From a virus, in the IMG/VR virus record IMGVR_UViG_3300005095_000128, positions 1 through 64,000 of that record: a DNA stretch of 64,000 bases. One strand, written 5' to 3'. Positions 46,439-55,871 of this stretch are shown piece by piece. Position 1 is the first letter of the stretch. Every line of letters starts with the position of its first letter. The notes under the pieces were generated by a model. That model searched no databases, had not been told where the DNA came from, and was given only the letters and a program-made list of their open reading frames with translations. The translations under genes were made by a program, and so were the position numbers.

Positions 46439-46575
46439 GTTCCAACCCCCTAACACACATAGCGGAATGTGCGCGGATTTCTTTATCCGCGCACACCCAG
46501 AGTGAGGCAAGGAAGGCGTGCCCCGTTCGGCCTCGCCCTTTTGGTTTTGTCACGGGCTACCGCCCGTGCAATAGA

Positions 46576-46636
46576 AGCATAGCGCATTAGGTGCCCCTTG
46601 TCAAGGGTTGCATATATGTCGCACACGTGCTATGTT
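46576..46636. promoter_or_regulatory. Back-to-back sigma70 promoters
   Basis: Minus: TTGACA-17-TATGCT (46604-46576). Plus: TTGCAT-17-TATGTT (46608-46636), 6 nt before ATG 46643. Confidence 0.7.
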
Positions 46637-46642
46637 GCTCGT

Positions 46643-47005
46643 ATGAACGGTGCGTGGCGTAGCAAAGAGGTCACGGTTGGCTACCTTTGCCGCATTGGCG
46701 AGGTGATTTTTGTTTATGAGGCTGGCCACGCACCGCCAAGTATCACCATCCCCATCCCAGTTACGTTGCCACGTGTCGTGGAAGGCAAGGAACTCCAGTC
46801 TATTCTTCTAGCAAAACCAGAGATCGTCGATCAATGGATGAAGTTCCCGCTCAACATCGGAGATCGAGTCGTGCACCTTGTCGTCTACGGAAGTGGCCAC
46901 GAGTGTAGCCGACACTTTAGGTGCGAGTTCGGTGACGACTTTTTCCACAAGATGGCGCACGTGCTCAACGCGATCAACCGCGCGTTGCGCGGAGGTGGTA
47001 AGTGA
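46643..47005 (+). CDS. Hypothetical protein (leaderless)
   Basis: ATG 6 nt after the -10 box, no SD. Confidence 0.55.
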   Translation: MNGAWRSKEVTVGYLCRIGEVIFVYEAGHAPPSITIPIPVTLPRVVEGKELQSILLAKPEIVDQWMKFPLNIGDRVVHLVVYGSGHECSRHFRCEFGDDFFHKMAHVLNAINRALRGGGK

Positions 47006-47493
47006 TGGAAAGCAAATGTGAACTGGTTAAGGTTAGCATAGCTGAGGCTGCCGATGGCATTGCATGGTTGTTGCTAAACCGACACGAGCATATGTGGCTT
47101 GCGGCAAAGTTCGCCGCGATTTTGACAGAGCGTTTCGCGCGTATGGATGATGTAAGCGACGACGAACTCGTCGACACAATCCTGGCGTGGGGAGTGCGCT
47201 ATTTGTACAACCATACCAATGGTTCCGTACACTTTCCGCACCACTCACTCTTTGCGTTCATTGCAGTAGCATCTCGACGGTATGTGCTCACTTTAGATGG
47301 GCTCGGGCGCGTCTTGAGTGACACGTGGAGCTTGCGCTTTTCACTTACACAACGTGCACTAGGCGCGGATAGCGAACTCATTGTTCGCGTAGGTGGAGCG
47401 ATTTCGGAAGCGCTTGATCAGATCGGAATGCACGAGCTTGCATCCGATGTGTCGCTATCCACGGAAAGCATGCTAGTGCTCGAGGCTAGTTAG
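47002..47493 (+). CDS. Hypothetical protein
   Basis: Coupled ORF with GGAGG SD. Confidence 0.55.
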   Translation: MMESKCELVKVSIAEAADGIAWLLLNRHEHMWLAAKFAAILTERFARMDDVSDDELVDTILAWGVRYLYNHTNGSVHFPHHSLFAFIAVASRRYVLTLDGLGRVLSDTWSLRFSLTQRALGADSELIVRVGGAISEALDQIGMHELASDVSLSTESMLVLEAS

Positions 47494-47936
47494 AGCTCGA
47501 GTTCAAAAGCAGCAAGCTGTGCGGGTGCGCAACCGAGCGACGGGTCGATGATACTCACGGATACGCCGATGCTACCGTACTGCATGCAACCAGAGCGCAA
47601 CATGACCATGATCGACCCGAAGTAATGGCCATCTAAGTTGAACATCAACGACGTGCCATTGCTAACGTGCGTAACCCGCACGCGCTTGCTAGCGGCAACC
47701 TCCTTCACCTTGCCGCTCTCGTCTAGAATTACGTTGGCCGCATCTTTTGCTCCGTTGCGCACGATGAGCATGCGTGTCTCGCCATCGATGGCTACGCTGA
47801 TTTGGTCTTTGCCGTAGTGCGCGTCGTCGAGTTCAATGCGGAACCCGTCGTCAAAGACGATCACCTTCGCATTTGGTTTAATACGCCTAACCCTCATCTC
47901 GCCGACATTATAGCGGCGTTGTGGTGAGGTTGCCAA
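47490..47936 (-). CDS. Hypothetical beta-rich protein
   Basis: Likely start MRVRR (~47897) just after TATAAT. Confidence 0.5.
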   Translation of the reverse strand: MATSPQRRYNVGEMRVRRIKPNAKVIVFDDGFRIELDDAHYGKDQISVAIDGETRMLIVRNGAKDAANVILDESGKVKEVAASKRVRVTHVSNGTSLMFNLDGHYFGSIMVMLRSGCMQYGSIGVSVSIIDPSLGCAPAQLAAFELEL

Positions 47937-47937
47937 T

Positions 47938-48246
47938 ATGCTAACATCTGAGGTGATGGAAGTCGGGCTCTACACGATCGACAAAAGTAAGCCGGTGGAT
48001 AGCATTGCTCGCGTGATCCGCCGCACACGAGAGCGTCGCGGGATTCCACAGCGCGAACTTGCCGCGAGGACCGGCAAGACGCGCACGACGCTAAGTAGGA
48101 TGGAGTCTGGCAAGCACGACTTGCGCATTAGCACGATCGTCGAGTTGCTCGACGAGCTCGGCATGGAGCTCATTGCCGTTGACCGTGATACGGCGGCAAT
48201 GCTACGCGACATGTTCGAGCTTGACAAAGAGAGAGACGCGGGTTAA
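47938..48246 (+). CDS. XRE-family HTH regulator
   Basis: IRRTRERRGIPQRELAARTGKTRTTLSRMESG...ISTIVELLDELG. Confidence 0.88.
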   Translation: MLTSEVMEVGLYTIDKSKPVDSIARVIRRTRERRGIPQRELAARTGKTRTTLSRMESGKHDLRISTIVELLDELGMELIAVDRDTAAMLRDMFELDKERDAG

Positions 48247-48249
48247 GCT
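48221..48249 (+). promoter_or_regulatory. Sigma70 promoter for the Y-RNA-like cluster
   Basis: TTGACA-17-TAAGCT, followed by ~290 nt with no credible ORF. Confidence 0.75.
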
Positions 48250-48289
48250 ATTGGCGATGTCCGATACGGGCACCCGACAACGAGCAAGC

Positions 48290-48397
48290 GCGAGCGGTAT
48301 GCCGTGGCGGGTTATTGGGCGAATAGCTAGAGGTTCGACTCCTCACCATAGCGCGGTCAAACCGCGCGTGACTCCCGCCACGAGTTCGACCGCTCGC
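48290..48397 (+). ncRNA. Y RNA-like RNA 1 (with T-arm)
   Basis: Stems GCGAGCGGT/ACCGCTCGC and CGTGGCGGG/CCCGCCACG separated by an ATGC/AGTTCG internal loop; GAGG-TTCGACT-CCTC T-arm; adjacent to Ro60. Confidence 0.75.
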
Positions 48398-48414
48398 TTC
48401 TAATACGAGAATCT

Positions 48415-48498
48415 CCCCGGTATGCTGCAAGGGGTTACCGAATGTGGATCGGGACACCCTGCTAAGGTGTACAAACCCCCTTGCGAACTTGACCGGGG
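48415..48498 (+). ncRNA. Y RNA-like RNA 2 (with D-like and anticodon-like arms)
   Basis: CCCCGGT/ACCGGGG and GCAAGGGG/CCCCTTGC stems; same GGTATGC 5' motif; 3' CTTGACC; ends in TTGATTTTT. Confidence 0.7.
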
Positions 48499-48545
48499 TT
48501 GATTTTTATCTCTAGGGGTGATAAGCTTGCTACCGGGAGGATGAG

Positions 48546-50048
48546 ATGCAGGTTAACCGTGTAAAGGGTATGTATAATAGTGCTCGTTCAAAGCTTCCTG
48601 GCCGCGAACATGAGATGACCTATAACGACGCCGGTGGCGCCGTCTTCATCGACGATGCGAAGCGACTCGAGCGGTTCATCATTCTCGGCATCGACGAGGG
48701 GACGATCTACGCTACGCCGGAAGAAATCCATGAGCGTACCATCGAGCTTATTCGCGAGCTTCCCTATGAGACCTTCAAGCGCGTCATGATCGAGGCGGCA
48801 CCGAAAGCGTGGCGCAAGCGGAACCCGATTGCGGCCATTGCGATCCGCGCCGCCCTTACCGACGATCGCGCTCTCATTTTCAACGATTTGCTACCGAACC
48901 TTCCTGGCTTGTTCAAGACGCCCTCCGACCTGCTTTACTTCGCCTCCATGTACCGTGGCGCGTTCAGGAAGCCGTTTAGCCGCTCGGTGCGCCGGTTCGT
49001 CCAGCGCAAGCTCCACGACTTCGACGACTACCAGCTTGCCAAGTACCGCAAGCGCTATGGCATTTCCACGAGCGATCTCCTAAAGCTCGCGCACCCGCAC
49101 CCTGGCGATCGCAACGCTGTCTTCCACTACCTCCTGGATGGTGAATACACCGACGAACTTGCCGGCACCATCTTCGAGGGCCTCAAGCTGGCCAACATCG
49201 CCGGTACGGTCGACGAGGTGCTCAAGGTCGCCGAGCGCTTCAACCTCTCGTGGGAGATGCTCCCCTCGTGGGCGCTCAAGGATGCGGACACCTGGGTTGG
49301 CCTCTACCGCATGGGCAAGATTCCGGCAATGGCGCTCCTGCGCAACGCATGGCGCTTTGACCGGGATGGCGTACCAGGCGATGTTTTCGATAGCGTTGTG
49401 GAAGATCTCTCCAAGATCCACCGCCGTGGCGTGCACCCCGGGTACATCCTGACGGCCGCCATCGAGTTAAAGCGCCGCAACGCAAGCTACGATTTGGTCG
49501 ATGCGCTCTTCAAGGCGTTCGACGCCGCATCGAGTAGCAACGCTGCGCACGACATGCGCATCGGGCTTGCCATCGACAATAGCGGCTCCATGTGGTGGGG
49601 CATGATCGGTGGGATGTTGCGCCTCGAGGCCGCACTCGCGCTTGGTAGCGTGATCGACTCTGCCTTCCGGCGCGTATCGGTGACCTACTTTAGCAATAGA
49701 GCGTACAACCTCAACATCCGCCCGCGTTCCGCGCTCGATAGCTTCGAGGATACGTTGCGCGAGTATAGCGGAGGCACTAGCGTGGCTAGCGCTCTAAGCC
49801 ACCTTGCCGATCGCCGTGGCGACGGATACGACGCGACCGTAGTGATCACCGACGAGCAGAACTGGGCTGGCGAGAGCGTGCAGATGACCTACCAGCGGCA
49901 CAAGAAGACGCTTGGCAAGCTCATCATCGTGACCGTTGACGCTAGCGCGAAGGGCTCGCTCACCGACCCCAAGGATCCTGACCAGGTGACGGTCGTCGGC
50001 TTGGTGCCCGAGATCGACAAGGTGATCGCTGAGTTCGTGCGCGGGTAA
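48546..50048 (+). CDS. Ro60/Rsr (TROVE plus vWA) RNA-binding protein
   Basis: NDAGG...RLERFIILG..GTIY, KYRKR...DLLKLAHP, WE.LPS, MALLRN, HP, DNSGSM MIDAS, GGT and ITDEQNW. Own promoter TTGATT-17-TAAGCT at 48499-48527. Confidence 0.92.
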   Translation: MQVNRVKGMYNSARSKLPGREHEMTYNDAGGAVFIDDAKRLERFIILGIDEGTIYATPEEIHERTIELIRELPYETFKRVMIEAAPKAWRKRNPIAAIAIRAALTDDRALIFNDLLPNLPGLFKTPSDLLYFASMYRGAFRKPFSRSVRRFVQRKLHDFDDYQLAKYRKRYGISTSDLLKLAHPHPGDRNAVFHYLLDGEYTDELAGTIFEGLKLANIAGTVDEVLKVAERFNLSWEMLPSWALKDADTWVGLYRMGKIPAMALLRNAWRFDRDGVPGDVFDSVVEDLSKIHRRGVHPGYILTAAIELKRRNASYDLVDALFKAFDAASSSNAAHDMRIGLAIDNSGSMWWGMIGGMLRLEAALALGSVIDSAFRRVSVTYFSNRAYNLNIRPRSALDSFEDTLREYSGGTSVASALSHLADRRGDGYDATVVITDEQNWAGESVQMTYQRHKKTLGKLIIVTVDASAKGSLTDPKDPDQVTVVGLVPEIDKVIAEFVRG

Positions 50049-50050
50049 AC

Positions 50051-50440
50051 ATGGGCGTCGTGCACGTCTATAGCCCGAACTACGGCTACTCCGGCAAGCT
50101 CCACCCGTGTCCGGTGTGCGGCTACGAATACGACCGCGGCGAGCACTACCTACAACGCCCGTGTCCCGTATGTGGCGCCGCCGAGCTCGAGGTCGAGAGC
50201 TTGCCGGAGCTTGTGCACGGCGCCGTCTCGACGTTCGTGCATAGGTATGGTATCCCGCGGCGTGAAATCGCCCAAGTTATTGGTATCTCGCCACACACGC
50301 TCAAGTCGTGGGAATACCGCAAGTGTACATATGAGCAGTTTGAGCGCTTTAGCGAGGCGATTCGCTTGATCGCCGCAGAGCGCAAGTTGTACGACGTGGC
50401 ACGGCGTGAAGAGGCAGAGCACGAGAACGGAGGTGCATGA
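50051..50440 (+). CDS. Zinc-ribbon plus HTH protein (MqsA-like architecture)
   Basis: CPVCG x2, then YGIPRREIAQVIGISPHTLKSWE. Confidence 0.65.
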   Translation: MGVVHVYSPNYGYSGKLHPCPVCGYEYDRGEHYLQRPCPVCGAAELEVESLPELVHGAVSTFVHRYGIPRREIAQVIGISPHTLKSWEYRKCTYEQFERFSEAIRLIAAERKLYDVARREEAEHENGGA

Positions 50441-50862
50441 TGGAATGGCTTGTCATTTGGTTCTACCTCATAGATGTCATCGACACTCTCAATATTCTTT
50501 CTGGTCTACTCGCACTTGCGGCTGCTGTCTTTGCTGGCATGGCATGGCTAGTGTCCATCATGACGCGATCGGAGCTAAGGAGCTATAGCGTACGCGACAA
50601 TGAATCGGCACAGCGCATACTACTGGAGCAGTTTCGCATTGAGCGCAAGATCGCGATTGTACTCACCGTTGCATCCGTCTTGCTCACGACTATTAACGTG
50701 CTCGCACCATCCCGCACGACAATGGAAAGGATGCTAGCCGCAAAAGCGCTCGTTGAAGTTGTCAACACCGATGCAGCCAAGCGCATCATCCCGAAGAGCG
50801 TTGAGCTAATTGAACGCTACCTGGACAAAGCACTACGCGACGACGAAGACAACGGGAGGTAG
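50437..50862 (+). CDS. Membrane protein
   Basis: Two TM segments; APSRTT...PK motif common in phage membrane proteins. Confidence 0.6.
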   Translation: MMEWLVIWFYLIDVIDTLNILSGLLALAAAVFAGMAWLVSIMTRSELRSYSVRDNESAQRILLEQFRIERKIAIVLTVASVLLTTINVLAPSRTTMERMLAAKALVEVVNTDAAKRIIPKSVELIERYLDKALRDDEDNGR

Positions 50863-50865
50863 AGC

Positions 50866-51621
50866 ATGGTGATCGCCGAGAATGATGTCTTCGATCTAGA
50901 CGACATTGATGGCCTAACGGAGGAGCAGAAGGCCCAGGTCGTTAGTTTGGTTGCTAGAAAGCTCTGGGAGCTTGAAGAGGGCACTACGGGGCGGCTCGAC
51001 TTTGCCGGCAAGAGCTATGACCCGGCAACGATCGTTAAACTCGATGGCGCATACCGTGTGCACTCCTACGTTTATTCCCCACAGGGACGTAGCTTCGTCG
51101 CACCCACGCTCAACGATGCGCTCAACCACTTTCTTGCGGCTGTGCTAATGAACCTTACGAAGCTACCGTGGTGCGCTGCTAAGGCGATGGCACTTACGCT
51201 TTTCCCTACGCCCACTCTCTTTACCGACGACGAGATCGCGCTAGCCAAAAAGAGCGGCATGTGGACAGGCGAAAAGTACGACGCGCTTGCCAAGCAGCTA
51301 TGCGCCGGCAAACGGGAGCAGCCGTTTGCCACCTACAAAGTTGATGGTGCGATCGACATTACCAACCTACTCATGGAGATTGCCGAGTACTACACGGTCG
51401 ACGAGATTGGCCGCGCGTTCGTGTACGTGCGCATGGCAAACGAGCTCGCGCAAGATGGTCGCGCTCTGGTCGACAAAAGCGGTAAAGAGCCCTGGCTTTC
51501 CGTGCCGACCAACCCGCTTTACTTCAAGAACGGCTACCTGGTGGTTCCGCGCGGATACAAAGCGCGTATCGTCGAGGATGAGCGGCACTACGGCCGCGTA
51601 GTATTGGAGCGTGCGAAATGA
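50866..51621 (+). CDS. Hypothetical protein
   Basis: 251-aa ORF with GGAGG SD. Confidence 0.6.
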   Translation: MVIAENDVFDLDDIDGLTEEQKAQVVSLVARKLWELEEGTTGRLDFAGKSYDPATIVKLDGAYRVHSYVYSPQGRSFVAPTLNDALNHFLAAVLMNLTKLPWCAAKAMALTLFPTPTLFTDDEIALAKKSGMWTGEKYDALAKQLCAGKREQPFATYKVDGAIDITNLLMEIAEYYTVDEIGRAFVYVRMANELAQDGRALVDKSGKEPWLSVPTNPLYFKNGYLVVPRGYKARIVEDERHYGRVVLERAK

Positions 51622-52025
51622 CCTTCGAGGAGTGGTTCGAGTCGCTCGAGAGATCTGAAACGGAGAAGCTCGCCTATAGCCTCGTGATGGCGCTAAACGC
51701 CGAGCGGTCGTCGATCTGGCTCGCACCGACGGCGCGAGCACTTGTCGGCACGTTGATAAGCGCCGTTGCGTCCATTGCCCTATCTCAGTGGTACATTATC
51801 GGCTTGCTCATCGGCCTTATCTTGCTCGAGGCAACGGCGAGCAAGGTCTACGTGCTTGGCGAACTCGACGAGGGTTTAGAGGAAAGCTTCATTACACAGC
51901 TATACGCGATGGCCTATTGGGTAGAACGGCACAACGTCGACAAGATGCGCTTCTTGCGCTACGCCACGATGGCGTACATGTGGGTAGTGGCGGTAGTGCT
52001 CGGCATACACCTCATCGCATTCTAG
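51618..52025 (+). CDS. Membrane protein
   Basis: Hydrophobic segments; ATGA coupling. Confidence 0.55.
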   Translation: MTFEEWFESLERSETEKLAYSLVMALNAERSSIWLAPTARALVGTLISAVASIALSQWYIIGLLIGLILLEATASKVYVLGELDEGLEESFITQLYAMAYWVERHNVDKMRFLRYATMAYMWVVAVVLGIHLIAF

Positions 52026-52039
52026 GCGTCTACAAAAGT

Positions 52040-52062
52040 GCGGCGCGGCATAGCCGCGCCGC
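52040..52062. terminator. Bidirectional terminator
   Basis: GCGGCGCGGC-ATA-GCCGCGCCGC flanked by AAAA and TTT, between convergent genes. Confidence 0.75.
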
Positions 52063-52063
52063 T

Positions 52064-52519
52064 TTATGCATGCGCACCGATATATAGCGTGCCATACGTT
52101 GACGAGGCAACCATCACGTTCGACGGAGCAAACCATGTCACCGTGTCGAACGCGATGTAGTGATCGGTCTCGAGCTTCGCCGGGACGAATGCGATCCAGT
52201 CCTCGTCGCCGTAGAGCGTGGATAGCTTCTGTAGCTCGCGAGGCGCTTCGCCAAACCGCATCACGATGGCTAGGTTGCGTTCGACTGCATAGCGGATTGG
52301 TTCGATCTTCAATAGCATCTCGTCGAACTCGCGTTGTACGTCAAACCAGTATTGCGGCGTGGTCTTTAGATAGCGCGACAACGCATTGGCGATGTCTTCG
52401 TTCACGACAAGCCATCCATCCAAGAATAGGGAGAGCACGTCGTCGTTTTCCATCTCAATGGCCAGTACGTCGTTGTTGCCGATGAGTTCGTCCGCTACTA
52501 CATGTGGTGGCTTTGCCAT
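52064..52519 (-). CDS. HigA-antitoxin-like HTH protein (orphan, leaderless)
   Basis: PPH...VNEDIANALSRYLKTTPQYWFDVQREFD matches the HigA/VapI pattern. Confidence 0.65.
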   Translation of the reverse strand: MAKPPHVVADELIGNNDVLAIEMENDDVLSLFLDGWLVVNEDIANALSRYLKTTPQYWFDVQREFDEMLLKIEPIRYAVERNLAIVMRFGEAPRELQKLSTLYGDEDWIAFVPAKLETDHYIAFDTVTWFAPSNVMVASSTYGTLYIGAHA

Positions 52520-52564
52520 GTGCGTAGTATAGCACACTAGCTAGCCATCAGCTATACTAAACGC

Positions 52565-53026
52565 ATGAAGCTCGTGCACAGAGATTTGTTTGACTCGGTA
52601 CATACTATATCGCATGACACACTTGTCCTCGTCGTGACAACAAACCGCATGCAGGATAGCCGTGGGTGCCTTGTCATGGGCGCCGGAGCCGCCAAGCAGA
52701 TGGCCGAGCTATACCCGCTAGCACCGTGCAAACTCGGACGCATCGTGGATGCAAAGGGCAAGGGCGATTACTACCTCGTGGTTTGGGAGGAGCACAGGCC
52801 ACGCCTCGGTGCCCTACAGGCCAAGCGACACTGGCGAGACCCATCGCCGATTGGTCTCGTGCTATCGAGCATTGAGGCGCTACGCCGCTATGCGCTTGAG
52901 AACCAAGATCTAGAGATCCACGTCAACTTTCCAGGTATCGGCCTCGGCGGATTAAAGGAACAGGAGCCCATTATCCTCAAGGCGCTAGAGCAGTTGCCGA
53001 GCAATGTCTTCGTGCACAAATTATAG
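52565..53026 (+). CDS. Macrodomain (ADP-ribosylhydrolase-like) protein, leaderless
   Basis: DLF, TTN, MGAGAAKQ, KRHWRDPS and PGIGLGGL motifs. Confidence 0.85.
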   Translation: MKLVHRDLFDSVHTISHDTLVLVVTTNRMQDSRGCLVMGAGAAKQMAELYPLAPCKLGRIVDAKGKGDYYLVVWEEHRPRLGALQAKRHWRDPSPIGLVLSSIEALRRYALENQDLEIHVNFPGIGLGGLKEQEPIILKALEQLPSNVFVHKL

Positions 53027-53067
53027 CCGCCAGCTGTTCTAGCTAGCGGCAATGCGTAGCCGATTGC

Positions 53068-54877
53068 TCACCAATGAAGCGGTATGTGTAGCATCTCCGG
53101 GCTTAGCACGCGCTCAACTACAACCAGGTTCTGTGAGGTTGTGAGGGCGAAGTCGTACACGTGAACGACATCTTTGCTCACATCTACTACGCCAAGCGAG
53201 AACTCGACACCATTGATGGACGGTTTGAAGGCATAAGCTAGGAGTAGCTGTGTTGACGCTACCTTGAGGATTTCAACGGACGGAGGCGCATTCTCGTACT
53301 CCGATTTCGTGATGCCAATCTCAATGGGCGTGCTATATGCACGTGCGAGGATGGTCGTGCTAGGATTATCACCAAACAGGCTCATGTGTGGTACAATAGT
53401 GATGACATATGCGTGATTGCTCTTTTTGCTGACATAGAGAACGAGTAAGTCGTTAAACTCGTATGTACTTCCGCTAGAATTACGCTCGTGCATTATACCA
53501 CCCCCTCTACAATGACGCGAACAAGCACCTCGTCCACTCGCTCGTCATCAAATGCGAGCGACACATCGGCAACAAGATTGCGGTCTTCGATACGCCAATC
53601 AACGTATGCAGAATACAAGTGTTGCGTATTGCCGTTGAGATAGCTTACGTGTGCACTATACGCTTGTGCAACAAGCTCTACGTAGCACTTACACGCGTCA
53701 ACGCGCGACACTAGGACTTGCGTTAGTGCCGGTCCTTCGAACAAAGGGAATGGAACAATGAATTCCGTTGTCGGTACACCATCGCCAGCGCCCTCAATGA
53801 GCACCTCGAGTGCATCATCGGGGTCGTCCCTCAAGAGGAAGCGCATGGTAGCGAAGTACGTGTTGTCGCGTCTAATGACGATGGCGTCCTTATTTAGCCC
53901 GCTCTCGGCAACGACGGAACCGCTATCTGTCTTAGCGCTAATATAGGCGATACGCGTCTCATGTGCCAACTAGAACACCCCCTAATCGCACTCGATCTTT
54001 ACTTCATCCAACTTGAAACTAGCACGCAAGCCGGCGTTAGCATTCTCGGCAGCAACGTCTAGCTCTGGTAGCTTACGGCGAACCTCCTCCACGATTGCAT
54101 CGTGAATTTCATGCCGGCTAAACCAGCTACCATCGAGGCGGATTGCGACAAACGCGCTATCCGACTCGTTGAACTCTTGCACCACACGCTCGAGAGCGGC
54201 AACCGCTTCGTCGCTAGCACCTCCCCCCGGATAAGCCTCGAGTTCTATAACGAACACGTCCATGTAAATGCTCGGCATGCTTAACCTCCAATGACGAACA
54301 AGATGCTATGCCCGCGAACCGCCACACGCACTACATCGCCTTCGATGGTAATCTCAAAACGATAGCCTGGGCTGAAACGCACGCTAAAGGTATCGCTATA
54401 AACGCGCTCTATGGCTAAGCCAGCTTCTGATAACACCCTATCGACCACGAGTGCGCCATTGCTTACGTCAAACGACACCGAGTTATCGTATTCGCTGTGG
54501 CTTGGACCGTAGATGACCGTCAAGTATTGCCCGTCAAAATACGCGTGATGCTCGTGGTCGAATGAGTACGCCTCACCAACGACGCGGGCAAGCGCTACGC
54601 TCAATGGCTCGTCATTCTCGACTTTGAGCGGATGGCCGTATTGGAGCACGTCGGCTAGGCTCGTGTTCGCGGAAAGTTGCAGGAACACGAGCTCACCGCC
54701 TCGCTCCGATACACCGAAGGCGCCCCTCGCAGTGTTGCTAGCGATCACGCTCGAGTTGCGCACCAACCGCGCAAAGTCGTCAATGGAATGGACGACAATC
54801 ACCTTCAGGTCTTCGACGTCTTGCCTTCTCATCATCTCACCCGCCCATAGCTTAACCCACAGGTGCATTATGTGCAA
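53068..54877 (-). other. Operon of four hypothetical genes (53068-53493, 53493-53969, 53982-54278, 54281-~54835)
   Basis: Coupled minus-strand ORFs with GGGGG/GGAGG SDs; beta-rich; no recognisable motifs. Confidence 0.55.
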
Positions 54878-54978
54878 CCGGTTGACGTAGCAACGAAAGT
54901 AGTGTACTATGCCTACTGGCGGACACTGCAGGGGCCTATGGCGAACCCCCTAGCCAACGAAGGCTAGGGGGCCTCGCC

Positions 54979-55503
54979 TTATGGCATTGCGAACGCGAGC
55001 TTTCCATGAAGTGTGCCTAGTACGATCCCCCGCGTGCCGGGTAGTTGAATCGCCTCTTGCGCCTGCTCGGCGTTGCGCGGAATGAAGGCCACCATCGTGT
55101 ATTCTTTCTCAGCGCTATTGTCCTCGAAGAGCGTCTTGATGTTGTAATGGCTAGCGAAGCGCGAGTCCGAGTTTCCGACCAATACCACACCCCACTGCAC
55201 GGCTGTTTGGATGATCGGCGCTTGAATGATGTAGGTGTCAATGAGCGCTTGCCGCTTCAACCATTCATCTGCCGGAACTCCGGTGACGTGCTCAAGGCCG
55301 CTAGCGATCTGCTCGTCGATCACGATGTCGCCAAGTAGCAACTTTGCGAGTTGCGCGTGTGAAAGGCCGCCTTTGTTGAGCAGTGCTTCGATCGCATCGG
55401 CAGCGCCCGACACATCATCCTCGGTTGGCATGCCAGCAAGCATGTCGGCAAAGATAAGCGCCGGGTGCATGTAAGTTGGGTATCCTGACAAGTCCTTACC
55501 CAT
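54979..55503 (-). CDS. Second HigA-like HTH protein
   Basis: MHPA...LAKLLLGDIVIDEQIASGLEHVTGVPADEWLKRQ; C-terminal part resembles 52064-52519. Confidence 0.6.
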   Translation of the reverse strand: MGKDLSGYPTYMHPALIFADMLAGMPTEDDVSGAADAIEALLNKGGLSHAQLAKLLLGDIVIDEQIASGLEHVTGVPADEWLKRQALIDTYIIQAPIIQTAVQWGVVLVGNSDSRFASHYNIKTLFEDNSAEKEYTMVAFIPRNAEQAQEAIQLPGTRGIVLGTLHGKLAFAMP

Positions 55504-55871
55504 CAGAACTGCACCTCCTCGTATAGGTCGACCATCGAGTAGCACAATTCCACTATGGCAATGCCCCCGTTCTGCTCACCGTATGGCGCATAGGAGCATT
55601 TGTGCGTGACGTTGATGATGTACAACGTACTACCTGATTGGTAATGCCACTCTTTTGTCTTTATGTCCTGATACCATCCAAACTCCTCGAGTACGGCTCC
55701 AATATGATGGAGTACGCGTGATAGGACATCTAGCTCTACGCCTAGCACAACGCTAATCCTGCACCCCACATCAAGCGAGTCATCACGTATCTTGCGCACT
55801 CCATCTAACTGGAGCGCATTGGCGGCGGCGAGGTCGAATACGGCCGCGGGTGATTCACACTTCGTATCCAT
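55503..55871 (-). CDS. Hypothetical protein
   Basis: Downstream of promoter TTGCAT-17-TACAAT (55909-55881). Confidence 0.5.
   Translation of the reverse strand: MDTKCESPAAVFDLAAANALQLDGVRKIRDDSLDVGCRISVVLGVELDVLSRVLHHIGAVLEEFGWYQDIKTKEWHYQSGSTLYIINVTHKCSYAPYGEQNGGIAIVELCYSMVDLYEEVQF

Noticed and set aside
48290-48498. Canonical tRNA gene suggested by GGTTCGACTCC and CTGCTAA
   Set aside because: The T-arm lies upstream of the D/anticodon arms in a separate stem, and no cloverleaf with a CCA end can be built. Treated as Y-RNA-like.
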